Assembly: GCF_016432865.1 (NCBI RefSeq)
Contig: NC_067399.1
Coordinates: 214,706,001-214,770,000 of the forward strand
Origin: Antechinus flavipes
Taxonomy: Eukaryota
Direction: 5' to 3'
DNA: 64,000 bases
Under the pieces are notes generated by a model. That model worked only from the letters and a program-made list of their open reading frames with translations. It was not told the DNA's origin and searched no databases. The position numbers were made by a program, and so were the translations under genes. Of the stretch, positions 25,184 through 38,689 are shown one piece after another (positions within the stretch are counted from its first letter, which is position 1; each line of letters begins with the position of its first letter).

Positions 25184-28074
25184 AGTGGGCTTCACTTTAA
25201 AGGAATCCTAGGTGATACTCTGTGACAAAGTTGCAGAGAAGTAGTTTCTTTTACACAGAAGTTCAATCTATCAGTGAAATCACAGGTCTGTTTCTAGTTC
25301 AACAAAAAACCATTGCTATGAATCTTTTGGCATATTTGGGACCTTTCTTTCTGCTTTTGATATTCTTGGCTTACAGGCTTACAGTAGAACCTTGGGTCAA
25401 AGAGTATGGACATTTTAGTCTCATGTTTCTCCCACCCTCCTTTAAAAAGCATAATTCCAAATTCTAAACCATTTTTAAGTCTGTATTGCTAATTACCATG
25501 GAGACCACTGGTTTTTAGCAAGCCTTCATCTCAAATAGAGGCTTAATTTTATGTGAGCTGGATGAAGGAAAGATTCTGAGAATGGGGACAGAGAAGAATT
25601 TTGTTTACCTTTTTATGTTTGGGAGGAAATCTTTATAATCTCTTCTTGAACTCAAAGGAAAAGACAAAAAGAGTGATCACTTCTCCTTTTAATTCCCATA
25701 GTTCTTTGTTCATCCTTATGATACTTACAAATTCTGCTTCATACCAAATCATTTAAATTCACTTATTACCCCCTGCTAGACTGCAGACTTCAGGAAATTA
25801 GGGAACCCTATTCATCTTTGTATTCCCTGTGGGCAAAGGGCTTTGGACTGTAAATATTTGTTGAATGAATGAATGAATGAATGAGTGAGTGAACTAATAA
25901 GGGACTCAATGAATAGAAGGAAAACCCAAAAAATTTGCTGGTTATTTTGACAGGCTAGTAACTAGACAGTTATTTTCCTATGTACATTGCCTCCCCCTCC
26001 CCCCCAACACTTTAAGATCCCTGAAATTCTGTACCACGACTTGCAAGATTTCAGATGAATACTATATAATGTATACAGCAATAAAAGAGGCCTTTCCAAC
26101 TGAAACAAACAACATTTCCCATAATTATAGGGGATAATTTGCCCTGAACAACCCCATTTTATTCTATAAAATAGGAACATGCATTTACTTTCTTAAAAAA
26201 CAAGAATGTTTTCCAGAATTCTGTTTTGTAAAATTTAAAACCCAGAACGTTTAATTTACAGTAGTAGGAAGAATAATTTAAAGAAAAAGTTATTTTAAAA
26301 ACCATTATCTCTATTTACTGGAAGCTAGAGGAAAATTCCATTGCTCAACTTGTGAAATTATATCTCAAAACCAAGATTTTGATTGATTTCATAAAAGGAA
26401 GTTACATGGTTTTCATGGGTCATAGAATGTATGGAAGGATGATCATGAAATCCAGTAGTTCCTAACTTATGGGTAAAGGCCTCCTGGGGGTAGGGATGGA
26501 TAGATATATCGTCTTATTTTGTTCTATTTAATCAAGGAATATTAAATATTATAAAGATCATGACAAGATTCTGAGGACTTTTTGGACACTAAGAAAAGAT
26601 CTTCATTCTCAAAAAACACTCAATTTCCTTTTTTTTTTTTTTTTTCAGCTATGGGAAATTGAGGTTCAAATTGAAAAAAAGACTTGTCCAAAGGGTCCTA
26701 TAGATAGTAAGAGAACTGTAATTTAAATCAAAGTTATCTAGCATCCAATGCACTGCTTTTGTTGCCCGGTGGATAGCTTTAAAACTAGAAGGAACCATAG
26801 TTGTCTAGTTCAGCTCTGCCATTTTATAAAATTTGTTTGTAGCATAGTCATTTCAGTTATATTCCTGCTAAACCAAAAGTGGCCCTTCCCTTAAAACAAA
26901 GAAAAAAAAGTTAAATGAACCTAACATATGTCCCAGTATATGCAACAGTTCCTGCCCAAAGTCTCCCATATCTCTCCAACAAAATGAGGAAGGTTTATTT
27001 CTCATCTCTTCTCTGGGGTAATGATGGGTCATTATAATTATATAGGTTTCTTTTCATTTACTTTCCAGTCCTCTCATGTTATTAATCAAGAAACTGAGGC
27101 TCAGAGAGTAATTTATCCAAGAGCATCCAGGTCACTGTCAGAGGGAGCTGAAAATGGCAGCTCTGATGGACCGTCGGATGGACCAGATTAACTAAGTCTG
27201 CAGTGTGATCTCAGCAAAATTGGCTAACACAGTCTTAAGCTACATCAAGATGAGGGGCATCGTCAAACTGTTCATCATCAGAAATGCTATACTATCAGTA
27301 GAAATTCTATTTAAAAAGTTATTGTCCCCCTTTCCCCCCTTACTGTTTCATCCTAGGACTTGCTGACGATGAACAATTTTACAATGCCCAGCCCTTTGGT
27401 GGCAAGAGCTGCCTTCTCTGAGTCTTCAGTGGGTAGGGCAGAGCCTAGGGCTGCCACCCCAGCAGAGCACTCCTCTTCCGGGGGTTCTTAGGCAAAAGGT
27501 TCCACTTGCTTTGGCCAGTCTTGGGGAGGGAGATGATGGTCAAGGGGGTGATTGATGGTTTGACCCAAACCACCCGCTGGTTCTGCCTCAGGACATAGGG
27601 GTGGCTTTGCAAAGCTGATTATTCTTGTTTTTTGGTGGCATTTGGTGGTGATTGGTTTTCTGCCCTGGGAGGATGGCAGGCAAGCTAATTAGTCAGGATG
27701 GTTGCAGTTTTAACACTGACAAAGTAAATATCAAAACATAACCTTGTATTTCTCTAGAGCTTAGAATGATAAAGATAAATGAGGAAATGGCACAGTGAGG
27801 GGTTGACATCCACATGAGAAGGGGTCGGTCCCATCATTCCAACAGCTATTTTGTAATTGGGGAAAGGGAAGAAAAAAGACATCAATAGTTGGGGAGAAAA
27901 ATTATTATTAAATTTAAAAAAATAGTTGGGGAGATAAGAAAGGCCTCATGCAGCTGATGATGCTTAAACTAATCTGAGAGAAAACAAGGTTGTAAGAAGC
28001 AGTATTGAAAATTCCAGGCATGGAGAATAGATATACTAAAGCACTGAGACAGGATGAAATTTCATTCATGAATA

Positions 28075-28480
28075 ATAGCAAGAATTAAGACAACTCTGAG
28101 ATATCACTTTACACCTCTCAGATTGGCTTAAGATGACAGAAAAAGATAATGATGAACATTGGAGGGGATGTGGGAAAACTGGGCATTATTGGTGAAACTG
28201 AACTGATCCAACTATTCTGGAGAGCAGTTTGGAACTATGCCCAAAGGGCTATAAAACTATATACATTTTGTTCCAGCAGTATCTCTACTGGATCTATATC
28301 CCAAACAGAATATAAAAAAGGGGAAAAGACCTAAATATGCAAAAATGTTTGTAACAGTCCTTTTTATGATGGTAAAGAACTGGAAATTAAGTGGATGCCC
28401 ATCAGTTGGGGAATGGCTGAACAAGTTGTGATATATGAAGGTAATGGAATATTATTGTTCTATAAGAAATGATGATCAGG
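28075..28480 (+). mobile_element. L1 ORF2 C-terminal fragment, sense to CMIP, frameshifted
   Basis: 'actctgagatatcacttttacacc', 'tggaggggatgtgggaaaactggg', 'ctattctggagagcagtttggaactatgcccaaagggctataaaact', 'tggaatattattgttctataagaaatgat'. Confidence 0.88.
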
Positions 28481-28734
28481 ATGTTGAAAACTATCCTTGG
28501 ATATATTTAGAAAAATAAAAGGTTATTATAATTTTTTTTAAATGACCAGCAGTAAGAAGGCAAGTTTGGCTAGATTTATACAGTGAGGGTAGGAAGTAAT
28601 AATATATAAAAAGTTCAGAAGGGTAAGCTGGAGCCAGCTTGCAATAGGCTTTAAATGCCAAACAGGGGGATCCTAAAAGTCATAGGGTTTATTTGGGAAG
28701 GAAATGAAAGATTCAGAGTTGGGCTTTAGGAAAT

Positions 28735-29228
28735 CATTCTTTCCTGTTCATAGCACATATGGAATATAATGTGTTCAGTTCTAAGATCATATTTTTTGAA
28801 AGGACTTTGATAAACTGGATAATGTTTAAAGGAGGACAACAAGGGTGACAAAAAGACTTGAGATCATTCATAATGCTTGGTAAGGATCAATTGAAAGAAT
28901 TTAGAGTTAGCCAAAAGCAGAAAAAAACAAGGTAGGCATGATAATCATCTCTTACATGGAAGACTAATTACATTTTTTTCTCCATATAACCCTAGAGGGC
29001 AGAATGAAGAAGTTGCAAATGGGCAAATTTTAGGTTTGGTGTAAGGAAAAACATCTTAATGAAATAGCTATGTAACAGAGGAATAGGCTTTGGGTTCTTT
29101 TTCACTAGAGTCTTTTAAAGCAAAGATTGGAGGATTGTTTGTAAGGAATGTCTCATACAGAATTCTTGGGCAAATATAGAGTAGATGAAGATGACCTTTG
29201 AAGTCCTTTCCAGGTCTGAAGCTGTGTT
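28735..29228 (+). mobile_element. L3/CR1 3' fragment
   Basis: 'ggaatataatgtgttcagttct...aaggactttgataaactgg' (EYCVQF...KDIDKL relic) and the end 'gacctttgaagtcctttccaggtctgaagctgtg'. Confidence 0.75.
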
Positions 29229-29482
29229 TATGTGTTGATGATCCTCTCCAGTTGTGCTAGGGCACAGGAATAAGAGGAGAACTTGAAAGTTTTCCTTTCC
29301 TTGAATTTCAGAGGGAAAAAAAAGTCAAACAAATTAGTGAATTGTAGACTTTTATGGGAAAAGAAGCTATGTTCTATCTTAACCTTCTCACCTAGTATCA
29401 TACACAAATCTCTGCACATAGTAGGTGCTCTAAAAATGTTTGAGAAGTTTGACTGAATTAAAATTGTAAATCATATGTGTTA

Positions 29483-29740
29483 NNNNNNNNNNNNNNNNNN
29501 NNNNNNNNNNNNNNNNNNNNNNNNNNNNNNNNNNNNNNNNNNNNNNNNNNNNNNNNNNNNNNNNNNNNNNNNNNNNNNNNNNNNNNNNNNNNNNNNNNNN
29601 NNNNNNNNNNNNNNNNNNNNNNNNNNNNNNNNNNNNNNNNNNNNNNNNNNNNNNNNNNNNNNNNNNNNNNNNNNNNNNNNNNNNNNNNNNNNNNNNNNNN
29701 NNNNNNNNNNNNNNNNNNNNNNNNNNNNNNNNNNNNNNNN
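29483..29740. other. Assembly gap (258 N)
   Basis: Run of N. Confidence 0.99.
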
Positions 29741-30162
29741 GAATTGACCCACCAACCACTCAGGTGATTGCTAGGATGTGCTAATTCTTTATGATGTTAA
29801 CCATATATTTGGTGACTGAATGTGTCATGAAAAGTTTGAGATGCTTCCTTTTTTTCAGCTTAAGAACCATCCAGGTCTTCTATAACAGTCTTTATTAGTG
29901 ATTCTCAGAAAGATAACCAGATGTTACCCAGGCAACCTCCTTCCCCAACAGCCCATGAGTTTTCTGTATACACAGTAAATAGAGAGGGAAATGTCAATGA
30001 TTTAAGTGGTCAGATTTCAGGAATGAAAAAATAGAGACACATTCCTACTTTCCACCTTTCTCTGTTTATTCTCCCTGTGGCCCACTAAGGAAAAACAAAG
30101 GCCAAGTCACATTCTCTATCATATACTCCCTCCCTCCCTCCCCCCCCCCCCCCCCCCCCCCC

Positions 30163-30295
30163 GGGCAGTTGGGGTTAAGTGACCTGCCCAGGGTCACACA
30201 GCTAGGAAGTATTAAGTGTCTGAGGTCAGATTTGAACTCAGGTCCTCCTGACTCCAGGGCTGGTGCTCTATCCAATGCGCCATCTAACTGCCCCC
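30163..30295 (-). mobile_element. WSINE1/Mar1-type short tRNA-derived SINE
   Basis: Minus strand GGGGGCAGTTAGATGGCGCATTGGATAGAGC...GAGTTCAAATC carries Pol III A- and B-box-like motifs; candidate TSD TATACTC at 30122-30128 and 30296-30302. Confidence 0.88.
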
Positions 30296-32749
30296 TATAC
30301 TCTCTCTCTCTGCATCTTTGCTCATACTGTTTTCTTTGCCTGGAGTACTCAAGCTTTTCATTTCAGTCCTTTGGAATCCTGTTCATCCTCTCTTACTTCC
30401 CCATTAGCTGGAATTGTCTCTACCTTTTCTGGATCTATAGTAACTTGGGCTCATCTTGTGCATTTATCTTAGTCTAGTTCATATCATAGTCATTTTTATC
30501 CATGTCCTACTTTAGCCCCAGTAAAATAGAGGCTCCTTGAGAGCAGAGACTATTTTATGTGTATGTAAAATGAGATAATAATGTTTGTAAAGCACTTAGC
30601 ATAGTGTCTGGATATAGTAGGGGCTTAATAAATGCTTCTTCATTGATTGATAACTTGATGTTCCTTTATGATATGAAGGTGACTCTGGTCTCAGTAAAAT
30701 TCTGTATATTTCAATCTCTTTCTTTCTTAATCAAACTAGAAAAAAATGTCTATTTAGGAACATTTCTGCCACAGAAGAACTGGAGAAGAGATAAATTTTT
30801 TCGGGGGAGGGGGTGCTACTCACAAAAAAATGCTAATAAGGACTTTAACCTGCTTCCATTGTCCACTCTGATGTCACAGTGCATTGAAAAAAAAATGAGA
30901 AGTTTTTATTGGGTAAAATAAAATGGTATAATTATCACTTCATTAGACTGCAAACTCTTGGAGGTAAGGACTGTGTCTCACTTGTTTTTATATTTCTCCA
31001 CTCAGAAGCATAAAACATTATGCCTTATATACTTAACAATTGCCAAATGAATGAGCAAGGCTTGGCCACATCTGCCTTATCCCATCACAGCAGCCCATCC
31101 ACAGAGAGTTGAGTAACACAGAAAGTAGCATTGACTCACAGTGGAGACGACCATCGTCCTCCCCCGGCCAGCGTGGAAGCCAGACCAGAGCGTGGTTTGC
31201 CATGTTTGTCCCTAGACTTCTTCCCTGAAGCCCACAATCACGTCTGGGTTCTTTTCCTCAAAATAAATAAGAACAGTACAAAGCAACCACATGCAAGCAG
31301 CCAAAGCCACCACGAGACTAGTGTGGCCCGTAAGGATGCTTATCCCTAGGAATTAAAGAGTCAACAGAGTGCAGTCCTGTCTCGGGCTGGGCACAAGGGG
31401 AGCCCAGCCATCCTAGTTGCAGTGAGTCATGCCCAAGCCAAACTTGGTATAAGCAAGTAGCCATTTTGTACGTCATATCAGGAGACTAAGCAGCTAGACT
31501 GGGATGGAGGATTTTGGAGTTCACTTCTTAGGCCAGGTAGGACAAAGGCATTGTAATAGAGTGGAAAAAACTTGCTGCCTGTATAATTTTCTTTTTCTTC
31601 TGCCCACCCCAACCAGACCCACTTGATTTTTCTGTTTCTGTTATAGACATTCTCCTTTTCCCAATTATCTGGACTTGAATTTTACATTTTAAAAATTCCT
31701 TGCTCTTTCATGCTAGGTTTACAATTAAGCATCATCTTGTTCCTTTTTCCTTTATATTTCTCTTATGTCATTCCCCTTATCTTTCATTTTCACTATCATC
31801 ACTTCAGTCTATTCCCCTTCACTCCCGCACTTTGCCCATCCACTTTATTATTGGTTTATACAAAATGTGCATTTTACATCAAGAAAGCTAAATCCTGTAT
31901 ATTCCTCTCTTATGACATATTGCCCTTTCTTTTCCATCTGGGCTGCCATTAATTTTCATTGACATTGTATAGTTATAGAATTAGAGCTAGAAAGAACCTC
32001 AAAGGTTATCTAACCCAATCCCCATATATTTCATATGTGAAACCAAGACCCAGAGAACAACTGAACCCAGGTCCTCTAATTCCCGATCCCCAGCTCTCTT
32101 TTCATAACATTCCTTAAGTCTTCATCACCTCTCACTTGAAACACTGTAACAGCTTGCTATATGGTCTCCTATCAGTCTATTCTGTATTAGACTACTGGAA
32201 AAGCAATTAGGCTTTCTTCTCTCTTTATCCCATTATTAGTTACTTCCCCTTTTGCTCTTTTTATGCTCCCCTTCTGCACTTTAAAGTTAATAGTTTTGTA
32301 TATTCTAACCCTTAATTCTCTGTTCCATCCATATTAATCCTTTATTACATTCTATCTTGTTCTTTCATTGTCCTTCCAAATAGATTTAAGTAACTTTGTG
32401 GTCCTGAATCATGTTTCAGGCTTCTTCATGATTTTTAAATTCATTCGGCCAAAATTGATATGTGCTGTAATGTAAAGGGATCAAAAAAGAATTCTTCTAA
32501 TCCTAACTCTAGGTTATTAGCTTTGTGAACCAGGGGAAACCATTGAGTTCTTTGAACCTCAGTTGCTTCCTCAGTTGCAAAATCATAAGAATAGTAAATT
32601 TCTCAGAGTTCAGGGAAAGCAGTTTCTCAACATTAAAGCCCTTTGTGAGCTCTCTTTCCTTGCACTGAATACAGATATATTATGATATAATTCTTGTCCT
32701 TGGAGAACTTATTATTATTTGAATCTCTTAGCACTAGGACTGATAAAAC

Positions 32750-33345
32750 TTTATACTTGTGAAGATCAACATTGTCATCAATATTGGTCCTCCCATATCC
32801 AGTGCATCACTCATCCAAGCCTTCTTTTGCGCCTTGAGTCTCATCCATGTCTTCCCATAAACTCTTTACAGAGGGGTCCCTCAGTTGGCTTTTCTTTTGT
32901 TTCCTTGATTTCACATGGAGACCTGTGTAACAGTTGAACTGTCCATCTTTTTTCATGTGTTCTTGCTATATGACTGACCTGCCCTCCTTTTTTCTTCTCA
33001 TACTTTTAGTAATTTCCTTGGTGAAATTCTGTTCTCTGACAATCCTTCCTTAGTACTCTGTTGGCACTCTAATTATGCTTATTGTGCACCTCTCCTATGC
33101 TTTTTGAATGTACTGTAACTTTAATTCTTTGATGACTGTGGTGTTCCATGACTTAACAGTCACACAGTATTTCCAGAAGAATATTAATATTAAAGGAAGG
33201 GCCTTCCAGGGAGAAGCTTGGAGTCATTAAAACCACTGCATAATGTCCCAAAGGCACCTCTCTCTGCCTTTATTTAAATCTAGATCCAGTTCATTGTCTT
33301 TCCATAGCATCTATCTAAGGTATATTTTTATGCCTAACCAATTTT
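32750..33345 (-). mobile_element. RTE-clade LINE 3' ORF fragment
   Basis: Minus-strand relics of the RTE C-terminus (RWAGHVAR-like 'gcaggtcagtcatatagcaagaacac', DNELDPEL-like 'gacaatgaactggatctag'); degenerate. Confidence 0.7.
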
Positions 33346-36300
33346 ATAGTACAAAGCATAGTTTTAGGACAGCATCATTTATTATCCACCTGATTTTACC
33401 TGTGTGGGTAGTCAGGTAAAACTTTTTTGAATAATTATATATTTAAAACATCAGAAAGCTGTCAAACAATTATCGCTGTTGTATCTTTTAGGAATCTTAT
33501 TTTAACATAAGCAAGGGAGATGTCTTGTTGAGAGACTTTAAGTGGCATTTTACTCTATAAAATAAAATAATTTTTTATAATCAAGAAACAAGTAGGATCT
33601 TATATTCTATGTACTTTTGAGTCAAATGTTTGACTGTAAAAGATATGGCTTGCTGGAAAATATAATTTCTAAAAGCTTTGATATCAATGATTTTGTAGAC
33701 ACTGGCAGCTAGATATAGGATCAATAACTGCTGATATTTTCAGATTTGCCTTTTTTCCCTTTTGATAATAACAAGTTCTTCATTCCCACAATCCCCCAGG
33801 AATTTGATATCTTCTCTTTGTTCATATATCTTGGCTTTTGATCCCGCAATACTTTCAAAAATATTTGGTTATCCCAACAGACTGTCTCAGGCAACTGCTC
33901 TGCCTATCTTTGTTTTTTTTAGTCCCATCTCTATTTCTTCATGCAGCCCATTTGAATATTATATGTCTGTCATCACCTATGGGTATGAAATATACTACTC
34001 ATTTCTACCCTCCAGCTGCTGCTTACTCGTCAATTGAAGGTGGACAAGAGTAGTATCTCCCTAGAATTGCCTTCTTGTTAAATCAGTAAAGGTTCAGGCA
34101 TGACTGGCTGATCAAGCATTACCTGCAACCCTTTCCTCCTGACCAAATGTGATTAGTTCCCCATGTAAACTGACATCACCTTTCCCTGATATCTTTAGCT
34201 GATAAAGGACACATCCATATTCTCTTCCTTGGAGACCCTTATAATATGTATCTGTAGCAAGCTAACTCTTGCTTCTTGGTAACTTTTCCATAAGATTGTA
34301 ATCATAGCATTTCTCTTGATAGTAGGAAGCAGAAAGGATAGAGTCCTTCTAGTCTATGCTAAAGGATAAAGGGACTTATCATCCATTTTGGAAATCCTGC
34401 CATGTATCCTTCCTGACTCACTTCTTTCTTATATCTGATTTTTCATTGTGTTGCTGAGATGAATCAGGTGCATTTCCACAATAATATGGGATATTACTTA
34501 AATATTAAAATAATACATTTATTTATTTTAGCAAATTTTAACAAATTACACATTTTTATAGTTCTTTATGGTTTATAAAGTGCTTTCTTCCCAACAACCT
34601 GGAGATATAGGAAATGCAAGTATTTTTATCCTAATTCCATAGATTACATATATCCCCCATTGTAGGCTGAATGAGCCTTTTATTGCCACCATGATGGATA
34701 TAACCATGAATTAATTATTCATTCATTCATTTGACAAACATTTTTTAAACCCTTACTGTATGCAGAATACTGGGTTAGGAACTGATGGATAGACAAAGAT
34801 GAGTAAAACATAGGTCTTGCTCTTAAAGAACTTATAATAATAGAGGAAGATGAGATATGGACCCAAATAATTCTATAATGCAAACTTGAATGAGATACAT
34901 TCATGATAATAGGAGACAATTTTAAAATTATTTGGTCTAACCCACTTATTTTGTGGATGAGGAAGCTGAGGTCTCTATTGGTGATAAAGTTCCAGGTAGC
35001 TAACAACAAAGAATATCAAATGCTGTGAGATTGAATAAGGAAGAAATCACCATCAGCTGAAAAATAGTGATAATAGGTATGTTTTGTGTAAACCACTTCC
35101 CCTCCTAAAATATGTAACTTTTAATTTATACACTTTAAATATACTAGTTAAAGAAATCCTAAAGTAAAAACTTTTTAGAAGGAGTCTTTTGCAGGGGAAA
35201 TAATTTATCATGGACCAAGTTTTCTAAATTTTCATACAGCAACTTTATAGGCGTGTGGTACAATGAAAAGAACATTGGAGTAGGAATCAGAAAACTTATG
35301 TTCAAAACCTACTTCTTTTCATCTACCATCTTACTGACCTTGGGCAGATAGCTTCACTATTCCTTCGGTCTCAACTTCCTCATCCATAAAATGAGGGAGT
35401 TGGACTATATGGCTGCTAGGATCCCTTCAATTCCTAATCAGTTATCCAATAATTTCTCTCTTATTGTGCATTCTCTTGAATGAATGAATGGATGATTTTA
35501 AATGAAAATTTTTAGAAAAGATTTAGGAGAATACCCTGTAATTGTGTTCTGATGAGAGCCCCAGAAGTGTGGGGAGACATTATCAGGAGCTAGCCTTCTC
35601 TGGTGAGAAGTGTCTTCTGGAAGCACAACATTGCCCTCCCCCAACACCTTTCTCCCTTTCCAGGGAGAAAAGAACAGGTACTCCTCAGGAGCGGCGGCTG
35701 TGGTTGAGTCCTGTCTCTGCTGTGCTGCACGAGTTTCAGTACATTACTGGCAGGTTAGCATCAAGTGAGTGATTCTGACCCCGTCTCCCTGGTAGAGCTG
35801 ATCCCTTTTTACCTTCACAACCATGTTTGACTTCAAGAACTTTTTTTTTTCCTCCTAAGAACTTCTCTTGTGAAACACTCTGGTTCTTGGCCAAGACAGT
35901 GCTTCCCACCTACCACCCCCACCCCTGAAATCAAACAAGATAGATGGTTAGATTGCTCGTATGTATGCTTTGTGGTCTGTGAGGCAAGAGTAAGACCACT
36001 CATGGGCACATTAATTGTTAGGCTGAAGACTTGAGATCAGAATTGACATTCGATACCTTTCTTGTCATCTTGTCTATGATTCATTCTTCTCTGGTTTTCT
36101 GCTCTGAGTTCAATTTAGGGCGAAGGGGTAGGAGGAAGGGAGGGATGCGATGAAATCAATAAACATTTATTGAATGACTGTGTGCCAAGAACTGTGCTAG
36201 ACTCTGGTGTTACAAAGACTAAATTGAAACAATCTCTACCTTTAATTTAAGGAGCTTCAGCCTCTTACTGAAATATAATTTCAGTAATTTGTAATTACTC

Positions 36301-38689
36301 TCTATAATTTATAAAATTTAAAAGGAACATTTGGTGGCTTGGGTATCATAGGACCTTGTTTTATTCCTTAATTTGTCATGGATTATGTGATTTTGGGCAA
36401 GTTATCTCTTGGGCTTCAATTTCCTCATCTGTAGAAGGGTATGGATAAGGGAGGTTGTGTGAATAGTGTGGACTAGTTCACCCTCTCACTGCTGGTCTGG
36501 TCTGTGGTAACTCTGGATTGGGTCTGAGTCACAGGTGAGGGCTTTTTGCTTCTTCATTGAAAGCCTCCTTCTTGAAGAGAGAACATATGTGATTCTGGAG
36601 AAAGAGTATAAAACCCAGAATACATCTGAAAGATAACAGAGCAAGGTAGCTTTAAAATGATTTTAAATATGTTGAACCCTTGATTCATATATATATAATT
36701 AAAAATTCATTTGAATTAGTGGCTTGATAAATCTCTTTCTGTTGCCCATCAGTATGAAGCCTCCCTCTTGCAAGGAACTATTTCTTATCTCTGTAAAATA
36801 AGTCTGGGCTGGAGAAAGAACACGCATAATTAGAAATTACACACAGATACAATCACACACATATTCCTCACTACTCACCCTTCACTCATATACTTATTCA
36901 GTGCAGTGGATGAGTTTAATAAGTATATATACACCATTGTTGATTATAGGAGCATTGTAAGTGATCAGTAAAGGGATCCCAGAATCCCCAGAAATACATT
37001 TCTGAAGTTAAATCATGTCACAGGGCAGGTGATGGGGAGAGAACAGCGTTACAATCCCCACTTATCTATGAACACTGGTGTTCAGCTTGAATGCTTCACT
37101 GACGTGAACCTGACTTTCTGCCATCCATTTACTCCCCGGTGTTATGTAGGGAGGGCGTATTTGTGAAAAGGAAAAGGAGAAGACAGCATGTGTACAAATT
37201 ACATGGATGTCTCAGGTGTCTGTCAGCGTAGGCAGCCGTCTCCACCGAGCTTCAGATGCAGCAAAGCTGAGTTTCTAAAGAAGAGAAGGAAGGCACTTGG
37301 GCCGGCCAACCCTGTCAGCTCCTTCCCCCTTGCCTTAGTGTGTGCTGGATGGAGGGAGGGACCACTGAGTAGCATCTTGATAGTCTTCATTTGGGATGCG
37401 GCATCTGCCAGAAAGGTCTCTTTCCTTTGGAGAGGTGGAAGGAGAGGTTCAGTCCTCCTCCAGAAAGGGAAACACATCCAGGGGAATCTGATTGGGGATA
37501 TTTCTCATTTCCTAAGCAACTAGATTCAATATAAATGACTCCGAGTTTCCCCCTTTTGGAAGTTTGGAGGCTAGAAGAAGAGAGTCATGTGGGGCAGGAT
37601 GTGATCCTAAACAGTCAACAAATATTTTTGAAACACCTGTTATATGCCAGGCACAATGCTACGGGCTGGGAGTGTGAAAAACAAACAAAAACTGCTCTTC
37701 AGCAGTTGAAGTCTGTTAGTGGAAGAACCATCGGACTTACTGTAGTTAGCCCTTGGATACAGGTTGGGCCCCAGGGCCTCTCAAGTCTGTGTCACCTCTG
37801 AGATCCTGTCTGTGACTCTGTTTACCTCATTCAGTGTATTTGGAAAACAAAAATCCAAGGTTTGTTAATTCCCAGATTAGGTAACCTAACGATGTCAGCA
37901 GTGAGGGTGCTCACTATTTCTTCTGGGTCCAGTGACTTTGGGAGGGCGCTGCCCACTCCCTCTGATGCGGATCTGGCTGGAGGATTGTGACTTGTCACTC
38001 CAGTTGGCTGTTAGTGTTGAGACACTAAAATTAGGTTTCCCCAAGGAGCAAAATGCATAATGAAGGAGTTAGGAAAGTTAGAATTGCTTTCCTGTCTCCA
38101 GAGCAAGCTCTGCTAGTGTGCGTGAAGATCTCGCTCCGAAGGAGAAAAGAGTTGGTCCCTCCATTACCCCCGGAGTTTTCCAGGGGGGTTAGTTTTTGTG
38201 AGTCAGGCTTTGAGGAGCTTGGAGACGAATAGAAGCTACCAAGCACCAAGCCACTCCCTACAGCCCACTACTTTTGCTTCATTGAAGCAAGACAATTCAT
38301 CAGTTAAAGGAAGGTGAGGTTTTTCCTGTTTTATGCATCAGGTGGTGGTGGTTGTGTATGGCCTGTCCTCCATGTGTGACTTGGTTTTGATCCAGGGCTC
38401 TAGATTAGTGCAGTCGTTTATTTTTTTAAGATTTTATAACCCATGTAGAACATTTTACTGAGATTATCTCCATGAGGATGAAGTTGAAATGGGGATTAGG
38501 GGAAGTGGTACCTAATACTTAAGGTAAAGGACTCTTTTTAATCTGTGCATGTCTTCTCTCTTAATGATTTAAATAATTATGATTTCAAAGGTAAAATTTG
38601 TATAAAAGAATTTTTATGAAGAGCTAAATTTCACTGCAAGAATATCCACAATAAAAAATAACTGGAAGCATTGTTATTTAGTAGAAAGA

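Noticed and set aside
29430-29767. ORFs of 90-109 aa
   Set aside because: Artefacts of translating the N gap. The same applies to 47693-48190. The spliced CMIP frame is continuous, so no constitutive exon is missing in either gap.
35745-35772. Strong donor-like CAA|GTGAGT as an alternative coding exon end
   Set aside because: The phase-0 frame needed to join the next exon contains TAG two codons upstream, and no convincing acceptor was found.
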